Source: Escherichia phage JSE. Taken from it: a stretch of 64,000 nt of DNA. The stretch's first letter is position 1. Every line of letters starts with the position of its first letter. The position numbers and the translations under genes are program-made. The notes under the pieces were generated by a model. That model had not been told where the DNA came from and did no database searches. It saw only the letters and a list, made by a program, of their open reading frames with translations. Below, piece after piece: positions 53,801 through 64,000 of this stretch. The stretch lies in sequence record EU863408. The stretch is one strand, 5' to 3'.

Positions 53801-54733
53801 ATGTCAGGATATGTAACCAATAACCCAAGAGAATTAAAAGACGCTATTCTGCGTCGTTTAGGCGCACCAGTAATTAACGTAGAAGTAACAGAAGACCAGA
53901 TTTACGATTGTATTCAGAGAGCATTAGAACTCTATGGGGAATATCATTTCGATGGTGTGAATAAAGGATATAAAGTATTTCGTGTTAGTGCAGAGCAAGC
54001 GCAACACGGGGTATTTGATTTAAGCGATTCTGGAGTATTCGCAGTAACTAAAATAATTCGAACAAACGTAGGTAGCGCGGCTACGATGGATGGTACTGCC
54101 GTTTATCCGTGGTTTACTGACTTTCTGTTGGGTTTAGCGGGTGTAAATGGCGGTTTAGGATCTGGCTGTAGTAAATTTTATGGACCAAATGCAATGGGCG
54201 GTGATCTAGGATATTTCGAACAGCTTATGAGCTATCGAGCCACTATGCAAAATATGCTTAATCCGCTGCCAGATTATTGGTATAATAGCGCAAACGGACA
54301 ACTTAAGATAACAGGAAACTTCCGAGAAGGTGATCTCATTGTTGTTGAATTATATGTTAAAAGTTATGTTGATGTACCTGATATGATCGGCGCGGTTGCT
54401 GGTTATGCTCATGCGGGAGGATGTTCTACCGCTGGCGGGATTAGCGCCGTTTATGATAACCCAACTGCTGGTTTAAGCGGGATTGTTGCTGGCATGGGAC
54501 CGATCCGTGATAACAAGCAGGGCGCATATAATAACCGTTGGGTTAAAGACTGCGCGACTGCGTTTACTCGTGAGCTATGGGGGCAGATCTTAGCTAAACA
54601 TCAAGGGTTGCAATTACCAGGTGGTGTCACTGTTGATGGTGTCAGAATCATCGAAGAAGCACGCGCGGATATTGAGAAATTGCGACAAGAACTACTTGAC
54701 TTAGATCCTCCGTTCGGCATCCTCATGATTTGA
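53801..54733 (+). CDS. 13: Neck protein gp13
   Basis: 310 aa; synteny and size (T4 gp13 309 aa). Confidence 0.8.
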   Translation: MSGYVTNNPRELKDAILRRLGAPVINVEVTEDQIYDCIQRALELYGEYHFDGVNKGYKVFRVSAEQAQHGVFDLSDSGVFAVTKIIRTNVGSAATMDGTAVYPWFTDFLLGLAGVNGGLGSGCSKFYGPNAMGGDLGYFEQLMSYRATMQNMLNPLPDYWYNSANGQLKITGNFREGDLIVVELYVKSYVDVPDMIGAVAGYAHAGGCSTAGGISAVYDNPTAGLSGIVAGMGPIRDNKQGAYNNRWVKDCATAFTRELWGQILAKHQGLQLPGGVTVDGVRIIEEARADIEKLRQELLDLDPPFGILMI

Positions 54734-54769
54734 TTTATTGGGGGAGTATTCCCCCATTTGGAGTAACAT

Positions 54770-55510
54770 ATGTTTAACAACACTCTTTTTGCTCGCCTTG
54801 AATCGCAAAAGGATTATGAGAATACACGACAAACCGAGATTCTCAATCCTTACGTAAATTTCAACCGTCATACAAACACCCAGACGTTAGCCGACGTTAT
54901 GGTCGCCGAAGCTATTCAGATGCGAGGTGTAGAATTATATTACATCCCTCGTGAATTTGTCAAACCAGATATGATCTTTGGTGAGGATGTTCAAAGCAAA
55001 TTTACTAAAGCATGGAAATTTGCTGCGTATATAAACTCTTTCGACGGGTATGAAGGTGCAGGAAACTTTTTTCAATCTATGGGTTATACGGCAAACGACG
55101 AATTAACGTTTACGGTGAATCCTAACCTATTCAAGCATCAAGTAGATGATCAAGAGCCAAAATCAGGTGACTTGATTTATATTCCAATGAGTAATGATCT
55201 CTTTGAAATTAATTACGTCGAGCCATATCAGCCGTTTTTTCAGGCTGGCAAAAATGCCATGCGTAAAATTATTGCAGAGAAATTTGTGTATAGCGGTGAG
55301 GAATTGCGACCAGAATTACAACGCAATGAGGGAATTAATGTTGATGAGTTTGCGGATCTGGATCTTGCACCGATCACTAATCTGGACGGGTTAACAGATA
55401 TCAACTTAGATCAGTACAAAGAAGATAAGCAATTCAGAAGCGAAGGACAAGATTTTATTGATCCGTTTGATCCTATTAATGGCAAGGGTTCACCTTTCTC
55501 CGATTTTTGA
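54770..55510 (+). CDS. 14: Neck protein gp14
   Basis: 246 aa; synteny and size. Confidence 0.8.
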   Translation: MFNNTLFARLESQKDYENTRQTEILNPYVNFNRHTNTQTLADVMVAEAIQMRGVELYYIPREFVKPDMIFGEDVQSKFTKAWKFAAYINSFDGYEGAGNFFQSMGYTANDELTFTVNPNLFKHQVDDQEPKSGDLIYIPMSNDLFEINYVEPYQPFFQAGKNAMRKIIAEKFVYSGEELRPELQRNEGINVDEFADLDLAPITNLDGLTDINLDQYKEDKQFRSEGQDFIDPFDPINGKGSPFSDF

Positions 55511-55550
55511 TAAATACTTGTATTGATATAATATAAGGATCTAATGACTT

Positions 55551-56306
55551 ATGAAAAACTATTATCTATACGAAATAAAGAACAATATAAATGGTAAGAT
55601 ATATGTTGGCATTCGTGGGTATGATGGTGACATAAGTCAAGATCCTTATATGGGTAGTGGATTGACTCTTAAGAGGTCTATTAAAAAGAACGGGATAGAA
55701 AACTTCACAAAAACAATTCTCAAAACGTTTGACTCATGGAAAGAGGCAAGGAAAGCAGAAAGAGAAATAGTTACAGAGGAATTTGTAAAAAGAGAAGATA
55801 CCTATAATGTTTCGGTTGGTGGACAAGGTGGAAATACTCACGCTGGGATGAGCGAAGAACGAAGAAAACTTGCAAGCGAAAGACACGCAGAAGCAAACCG
55901 AAATAGAGTATGGAAGCAAGAATCTAGAGATAAGGTTAGCGCAAGATTCAAAGGTCATAAGCTATCACAGAAGCAGATAGACGCGCTAAAGAAGGCAAAC
56001 ACAGGAAGAAAGTTCACAGAAGAACACAAGTTCAAAATAGGTAAAACGTGGCGAGGAAAGAAACGACCAGATATAGGAGAGAAGGTTGCGGCAAAATTAA
56101 CAGGGAGAAAACTACCCCCAGAACATGTGGCAGCAATAACGCAAAATACACCGAGAGGAAAACAACACTTTAGGGCAAAAAGATTCTTCATCGACGATAT
56201 GGAATTTTATATTTTGAGTGATGCAGCTAAAATGTTTGGTATAAGTTATAAAACGGTTAAAGCTAGACTTCTCTCAGATAAGTTTCCTACATGGAGATAT
56301 GAATAA
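55551..56306 (+). CDS. Free-standing GIY-YIG homing endonuclease (Seg-like) inserted between genes 14 and 15
   Basis: N-terminal YYLYEIKNNINGKIYVGIRG GIY-YIG motif; basic repeat region; C-terminal HTH; stop overlaps gene 15 start (TAAATG). Confidence 0.85.
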   Translation: MKNYYLYEIKNNINGKIYVGIRGYDGDISQDPYMGSGLTLKRSIKKNGIENFTKTILKTFDSWKEARKAEREIVTEEFVKREDTYNVSVGGQGGNTHAGMSEERRKLASERHAEANRNRVWKQESRDKVSARFKGHKLSQKQIDALKKANTGRKFTEEHKFKIGKTWRGKKRPDIGEKVAAKLTGRKLPPEHVAAITQNTPRGKQHFRAKRFFIDDMEFYILSDAAKMFGISYKTVKARLLSDKFPTWRYE

Positions 56307-57140
56307 ATGTTTTCACATTTTTACAATTCGTCAATTAGAAGGTATATTGTATTGCTGGGTAATTTATTCTCCGGCGTACAAATTAAAAGGGTGCGTAGTG
56401 ACGGTGAGCGTTTTATTAAAGTTCCTATCACCTACGCAAAGAAAGAAAAATTCATGATGAGTCTGGACAAATATAACAATATCTTAAGCGAGGAAGACGT
56501 CGCAAAGGTAGAAACTATTTTACCTCGTATGTGTCTTTCTTTGATTGATATGACATACGCCCAGAACTTTAAAACCAATATTGCAAATAAGACAGTACCA
56601 AAATATACGGCTGATGGAATCAGGAGCGTAACACAATATAATCCTGTACCATATAAGTTTACTTTCGAGTTAGGGATTTATACGCGTAACGAAGATGATA
56701 TGTTTCAGATAATTGAACAGATTCTTCCTTACTTCCAGCCTCATTTTAACTGTAAGATTAAAGAACTACACGGTAATGATGTATGGATTGATCGAGATAT
56801 TCAGGTCACAATTAGTTCTATTACTCCAGATGAACAGGTAGGCGAAGATAAGTTTTCTCGTCGTCGTCTTGAGTGGACCATTATGTTTGAGTTCATCGGG
56901 TTTATCTATCCTCCAGCCACCGACGTTAAGGGGGAAATCAGAACGATTTATCTTGATTTTCATGCTAATTCTCGTGAATTAAATCCTAGCGGTAATTTTG
57001 AATCAGTGGATCATGAAGTTGTTAAACGTGATGTTGAGCAAGAAGAATGGGACGGAACTATCAAAGAATCATATTCTAGTGATATTCCAATACCAGTTGC
57101 ACCGACTCCACCGGGTCCACGTATTGTAAGAGAATTTTAA
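56307..57140 (+). CDS. 15: Tail sheath stabiliser/completion protein gp15
   Basis: 277 aa; synteny and size (T4 gp15 272 aa). Confidence 0.8.
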   Translation: MFSHFYNSSIRRYIVLLGNLFSGVQIKRVRSDGERFIKVPITYAKKEKFMMSLDKYNNILSEEDVAKVETILPRMCLSLIDMTYAQNFKTNIANKTVPKYTADGIRSVTQYNPVPYKFTFELGIYTRNEDDMFQIIEQILPYFQPHFNCKIKELHGNDVWIDRDIQVTISSITPDEQVGEDKFSRRRLEWTIMFEFIGFIYPPATDVKGEIRTIYLDFHANSRELNPSGNFESVDHEVVKRDVEQEEWDGTIKESYSSDIPIPVAPTPPGPRIVREF

Positions 57141-57153
57141 GAGGTAATTTATT

Positions 57154-59474
<2,321 letters not shown>

Positions 59475-59505
59475 CGATAATGCATAAAAAGATGAGGAAA
59501 TTCTA

Positions 59506-61509
59506 ATGACTCTATTATCACCGGGTTTCGAAACGAAAGAAACTACTCTCTCCACTACCATTGTGCAATCTGCGACTGGTCGCGCGGCGCTGGTAGGTAA
59601 ATTTCAATGGGGTCCAGCTTTCCAGATTGTTCAAGTAACTAATGAAGTTGAATTAGTTAATAAATTTGGTCAGCCGGATAATAACACCGCAGACTATTTC
59701 ATGAGCGGGGCTAACTTCCTCCAGTATGGCAATGACCTGCGTGTTGTTCGTGTACTCAATAAAGAAAAAGCAAAAAACGCAACTGCCCTAGCTGGTAACG
59801 TAGAGTTTGAAATCACAAACGAAGGTTCAAACTATGAAGTAGGCGATACCATCAAGATTAAACATAACCGTCAAGATATTGAAACGGCAGGTAAAGTAAC
59901 TAAAGTTGATGGTGATGGTAAAGTTAAGGGCGTATTTATCCCAACTGGTAAAATTATCGCTCACGCTAAAGCAATCGGTGTATATCCAGAACTTGATGGC
60001 GGTTGGACGGCAGAGTTCACTTCTTCGTCAGGTAACGGTAGTGCGGCGCTGTCAGTAACTAAAATTGTTACCGATTCCGGTCTTCTCTTAACGGATCTGG
60101 AAACTTCCCGAGCCAATATCACCAATCAAGATTTTTTGACTAAGCTCAAAAAGTATGATATGCCAGCGGTAAGTGCAATCTATGCTGGTGAGATCGGCAA
60201 CTCTCTGGAAGTTGAAATTCTGGCACGTAGCTCGTTCAGTGGCGCGGTAGCACCTGAATTAACTATGTATCCGTTCGGCGGAACTCGTGCCGCAGCACGC
60301 AACCTAATTCCATATGCACCGCAGAATGATAATCAATATGCGTTTATTGTTCGTCGAGATGGTGTTGTGGTAGAATCCTATGTACTGTCTACTCTGAAAG
60401 GGGATAAAGACGTATACGGCAATTCTATCTACATGGACGACTTCTTTGCTCGTGGTTCTAGCCAGTACATCTATGCAACCGCTCAAGGGTGGGTAGATGG
60501 TTTCAGTGGTATTATCTCTCTTGCTGGTGGTGTGTCTGCTAACGAAGCCAGTACGGGCGACCGTGGAAATGATCCGTTCATTGGTGCGATGATGCAAGGT
60601 TGGGATCTGTTTGCTGAACGAGAATCTATTCACGTAAACCTGTTGATTGCTGGTGCATGTGCTGGCGAAGGCGATGCGTTCTCTACCGTACAGAAACATG
60701 CTGTTTCCATCGGTGATGAGCGTCAGGATTGCTTAGTAATGGTTTCTCCGCCGCGTAGCACTGTTGTTAATATTCCGGTCACTACCGCAATCGATAATCT
60801 GATCGCATGGCGAGAAGGAAATAGCAATTATTCAGACAACAACATGAACATTAATACCACTTACGCGGTTATTGATGGTAACTACAAATATCAGTATGAC
60901 AAATACAACGACGTAAACCGTTGGGTTCCGTTGGCTGCTGATATTGCTGGTTTGTGCGCTCGTACTGATGCTGTATCCCAGCCGTGGATGAGTCCGGCAG
61001 GTTATAACCGTGGTCAGATCATGAACGTGGTTAAACTGGCTATTGAGCCTCGCAAGGCACACCGTGATCGTCTGTATCAGGCTGCAATTAACCCGGTGAT
61101 CGGTGCTGGTGGTGAAGGGTTTATCCTGATGGGTGATAAAACCGCTACGACTGTTCCTAGCCCGTTTGACCGCATTAACGTTCGTCGTCTGTTTAACATG
61201 CTGAAAAAGAATATCGGCGATTCAAGCAAATACAAACTGTTTGAAAACAACGATAACTTTACTCGCGCTTCCTTCCGTATGGAGGTTTCGCAATATCTCA
61301 GCACGATTCGCTCTCTTGGTGGCATTTATGACTTCCGAGTACAATGCGACACCACGAACAACACGCCGGATGTAATTGATCGTAACGAATTTGTTGCTAG
61401 TATGTTCATCAAACCAGCAAAATCGATCAACTATATCATGCTCAATTTCACTGCTGTTGCAACTGGTGCTGATTTTGACGAAATTATCGGTCCAGCTAAC
61501 CAGGCATAA
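59506..61509 (+). CDS. 18: Tail sheath protein gp18
   Basis: 667 aa; synteny and size (T4 gp18 659 aa). Confidence 0.9.
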   Translation: MTLLSPGFETKETTLSTTIVQSATGRAALVGKFQWGPAFQIVQVTNEVELVNKFGQPDNNTADYFMSGANFLQYGNDLRVVRVLNKEKAKNATALAGNVEFEITNEGSNYEVGDTIKIKHNRQDIETAGKVTKVDGDGKVKGVFIPTGKIIAHAKAIGVYPELDGGWTAEFTSSSGNGSAALSVTKIVTDSGLLLTDLETSRANITNQDFLTKLKKYDMPAVSAIYAGEIGNSLEVEILARSSFSGAVAPELTMYPFGGTRAAARNLIPYAPQNDNQYAFIVRRDGVVVESYVLSTLKGDKDVYGNSIYMDDFFARGSSQYIYATAQGWVDGFSGIISLAGGVSANEASTGDRGNDPFIGAMMQGWDLFAERESIHVNLLIAGACAGEGDAFSTVQKHAVSIGDERQDCLVMVSPPRSTVVNIPVTTAIDNLIAWREGNSNYSDNNMNINTTYAVIDGNYKYQYDKYNDVNRWVPLAADIAGLCARTDAVSQPWMSPAGYNRGQIMNVVKLAIEPRKAHRDRLYQAAINPVIGAGGEGFILMGDKTATTVPSPFDRINVRRLFNMLKKNIGDSSKYKLFENNDNFTRASFRMEVSQYLSTIRSLGGIYDFRVQCDTTNNTPDVIDRNEFVASMFIKPAKSINYIMLNFTAVATGADFDEIIGPANQA

Positions 61510-61582
61510 TCAGTAAATTAGCATAGATTAAAAGTTAAATCAAGCGGGGATTTTCTCCCCGCTCTATTAAGGAATATCAATT

Positions 61583-62077
61583 ATGGCACTCGATTTGAAT
61601 GATATTACACGCGGTTTCGAGTCTGGCGATTTTGCTCGTCCTAACCTGTTTGAAGTTGAGATCCCGTATCTGGGGCAAAACTTTAAGCTGATGTGTAAGG
61701 CTGCGACTGTCCCGGCTGCTACCGTAGAAAAAATTGCTGTAGGCTATCAAAACCGTAAAATTAACATCGCTGGCGACCGTGTATACGACGACTGGACCAT
61801 CACTGTATTCAACGATGACGCACACAAGATCCGTGATGCTATCGTTGCATGGAGCGATCAGACACATGGCACAGGTTCGGCGATCACTGGTGCAACTCCT
61901 GCACAATATAAGAAACAAGCTATTGTTCGTCAACTTAACCGTAACACCGAATCAACTAGCGAAAAAACATTGTACGGTATTTTCCCGACCAACGTTGGTG
62001 AAGTAACCCTCGATTGGGAACAAAACAACGAAGTTGAAACGTTTGAAGTTACTTTTGCTATCGATTGGGTAGAATAA
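61583..62077 (+). CDS. 19: Tail tube protein gp19
   Basis: 164 aa; synteny and size (T4 gp19 163 aa). Confidence 0.9.
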   Translation: MALDLNDITRGFESGDFARPNLFEVEIPYLGQNFKLMCKAATVPAATVEKIAVGYQNRKINIAGDRVYDDWTITVFNDDAHKIRDAIVAWSDQTHGTGSAITGATPAQYKKQAIVRQLNRNTESTSEKTLYGIFPTNVGEVTLDWEQNNEVETFEVTFAIDWVE

Positions 62078-62135
62078 ATATATTATCATGCGGGGAGAAG
62101 TTCCCCGCTTAATTTCTCCCAATTCGAGGTGAATA

Positions 62136-63701
62136 ATGTTTAGTAGATTAAAAATGCTTGCGCGTTGGGCTGATTTTGACAACGACAAATACGAAGAACA
62201 AATTAAAGATAAAGCAGAGTCTATCGCCGCACCTAAAAACAATGATGGTGCTACGGAAGTAGAAATTAATGATAATTCACCTGCTAGCGCGTGGAACTCT
62301 ATTACCCAGCAATTTTACAGCACCGACCAGAAAATCAGCACAACTAAGCAATTAGTTAACACATATCGCGGTTTGATGAATAACCATGAAGTCGAAAACG
62401 CTGTACAAAATATCGTTAACGATGCGATTGTATTTGAAGAAGGTCATGAAGTTGTTTCATTAAATCTTGAGGCGACTGGCTTTAGTGAATCTGTAAAAGA
62501 GCGCATTCATGAAGAATTTAAAGATCTTTTAAACACTATCCAGTTTGATAAGCGTGGTCAGGATATGTTCCGTCGCTGGTATGTCGATTCGCGTATTTTC
62601 TTCCATAAAATCATCGGCAAAAATCCAAAAGATGGTATCGTAGAATTACGCCAGCTTGACCCACGAAATCTTGAATACGTTCGAGAGATCATTACAGAAG
62701 ACACACCGGAAGGTAAAATTTATAAAGCAACGAAAGAATATTTCATTTACACTGTAGGCAATAGCTCTTATTGCGCAGGTGGTCAAGTATTCTCTCCTAA
62801 TAGTCGCGTTAAAATCCCGCGTAGTGCTATTACATACGCTCACAGCGGCTTGATGGATTGCGATGATAAATATATCATTGGTTATTTGCATCGGGCTGTT
62901 AAGCCAGCAAACCAGCTTAAATTGTTGGAAGACGCAATGGTCGTTTATCGTATCACGCGTGCACCGGAACGCCGAGTGTTCTTTATTGATACCGGAAACA
63001 TGAACAACCGCAAGGCTGCACAGCACATGAACTCAGTGGCACAGTCTTTTAAAAACCGCGTTGTTTATGATGCATCGACTGGTAAACTTAAAAACCAGCA
63101 AGCAAATCTATCAATGACAGAGGACTACTGGTTACAGCGTCGAGATGGTAAAGCAATCACCGACGTTACTACTTTACCGGGTGCATCCGGTATGAGTGAT
63201 ATCGATGATATTCGCTACTTTAACCGTAAATTGTATGAAGCGTTGCGTGTGCCATTGTCACGTAGCAATCTCTCCGATGCTAATATGGTGATCGGTGGTG
63301 ATGGTTCAGAAATTACTCGCGATGAGTTGGAATTTTCGAAATTCATTAGAACTCTGCAATCACAGTTTTCGGAAGTATTGCGCGATCCTCTGAAATATAA
63401 TCTGATTCTCAAAAATGTAATTACGGAAGACGATTGGGATCGTGAAATAAATAATATCAAGGTGGTTTTCCATCGGGACTCTTACTATACAGAAGTTAAA
63501 GACGCGGAAATTTTAGAACGTCGAATCGGTCTAATCGAACGTATTACACCTTACATTGGTAAATATTTCTCTAACCAGACAGTGATGCGTGACATTCTGA
63601 AATATACCGATGACCAGATGGACACCGAGAAGAAACAGATCGAAGAAGAAGCGAACGATCCGCGCTTTAAACAAACTCCCGATGAAATAGAGGATTTTTA
63701 A
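62136..63701 (+). CDS. 20: Portal vertex protein gp20
   Basis: 521 aa; synteny and size (T4 gp20 524 aa); AATAAATA late-promoter-like box at 62073..62080. Confidence 0.9.
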   Translation: MFSRLKMLARWADFDNDKYEEQIKDKAESIAAPKNNDGATEVEINDNSPASAWNSITQQFYSTDQKISTTKQLVNTYRGLMNNHEVENAVQNIVNDAIVFEEGHEVVSLNLEATGFSESVKERIHEEFKDLLNTIQFDKRGQDMFRRWYVDSRIFFHKIIGKNPKDGIVELRQLDPRNLEYVREIITEDTPEGKIYKATKEYFIYTVGNSSYCAGGQVFSPNSRVKIPRSAITYAHSGLMDCDDKYIIGYLHRAVKPANQLKLLEDAMVVYRITRAPERRVFFIDTGNMNNRKAAQHMNSVAQSFKNRVVYDASTGKLKNQQANLSMTEDYWLQRRDGKAITDVTTLPGASGMSDIDDIRYFNRKLYEALRVPLSRSNLSDANMVIGGDGSEITRDELEFSKFIRTLQSQFSEVLRDPLKYNLILKNVITEDDWDREINNIKVVFHRDSYYTEVKDAEILERRIGLIERITPYIGKYFSNQTVMRDILKYTDDQMDTEKKQIEEEANDPRFKQTPDEIEDF

Positions 63702-63944
63702 ATGAAACAATTTATCGAAGCAATTAAAACTCGCGATCTAACGCTGATCGAAAAAGAATTTGATAAGATCATGGAGGCTAAAAAAGCCCAGATCATCGAA
63801 TCCCAGCGTGTCGAAATCGCATCCAGTATCATGATCGAAGGTGAAGAAGAAAAAGACCGCGATGATGAAGAAGATATGGAAGATGAAGATGAGGACGACG
63901 AAGATCGCAAAGACGATAAAAAAGACAAAGAAGACGACGAATAA
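63702..63944 (+). CDS. 67: Prohead core protein gp67
   Basis: 80 aa with highly acidic C-terminus, same size as T4 gp67; directly follows gp20. Confidence 0.75.
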   Translation: MKQFIEAIKTRDLTLIEKEFDKIMEAKKAQIIESQRVEIASSIMIEGEEEKDRDDEEDMEDEDEDDEDRKDDKKDKEDDE

Positions 63945-63956
63945 TAGGAAGCCAAC

Positions 63957-64000
63957 ATGATTAAAGATTTTACTCCTAAAGCTGACTTAGAAACTTTTCT
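63957..64000 (+). CDS. 68: Prohead core protein gp68, 5' fragment (runs off window end)
   Basis: ATG 63957 with AGGAAG RBS, MIKDFTPKADLETF...; position after gene 67. Confidence 0.55.
   Translation, partial: MIKDFTPKADLETF

Noticed and set aside
63698-63958. Minus-strand Ser-rich ORF opposite gene 67
   Set aside because: Antisense image of the acidic GAA/GAT-rich gene 67 coding sequence (poly-Ser from TCT/TCA runs); no expression signals

Overview
This window is a segment of a T4-like myovirus genome (Straboviridae/Tevenvirinae-type), with gene order and protein sizes matching T4 almost gene for gene. Positions 1-36407 are a minus-strand early/middle region: nrdG, nrdD (split by a group I intron carrying an HNH endonuclease), endonuclease VII (49), nrdC, dam, tk, regB, a T5-type M15 endolysin, acb1 (57B), 57A, 1, 3, 2 and 4, interspersed with many small unknown ORFs. 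Positions 36424-64000 are the plus-strand late module 53-5-5.4-6-7-8-[insert]-9-10-11-12-wac-13-14-[GIY-YIG]-15-16-17-18-19-20-67-68, with TATAAATA late promoters. The early region carries at least 16 near-identical sigma70-like promoter/stem-loop/leader cassettes, which resemble the PeSL elements of the RB49/phi1 group; lineage assignment is tentative without a database search. The candidates I consider most worth follow-up are a seven-member paralogous protein family flanking the nrd genes, an early-promoter cassette with a gamma-class DNA methyltransferase inserted between baseplate genes 8 and 9, a macro-domain protein, a small pol-beta nucleotidyltransferase, a host-like grcA, and a frame break in gene 2. 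None of these is proven to be a new system from sequence alone. Starts were refined by RBS inspection where stated; otherwise coordinates are longest-ORF extents.
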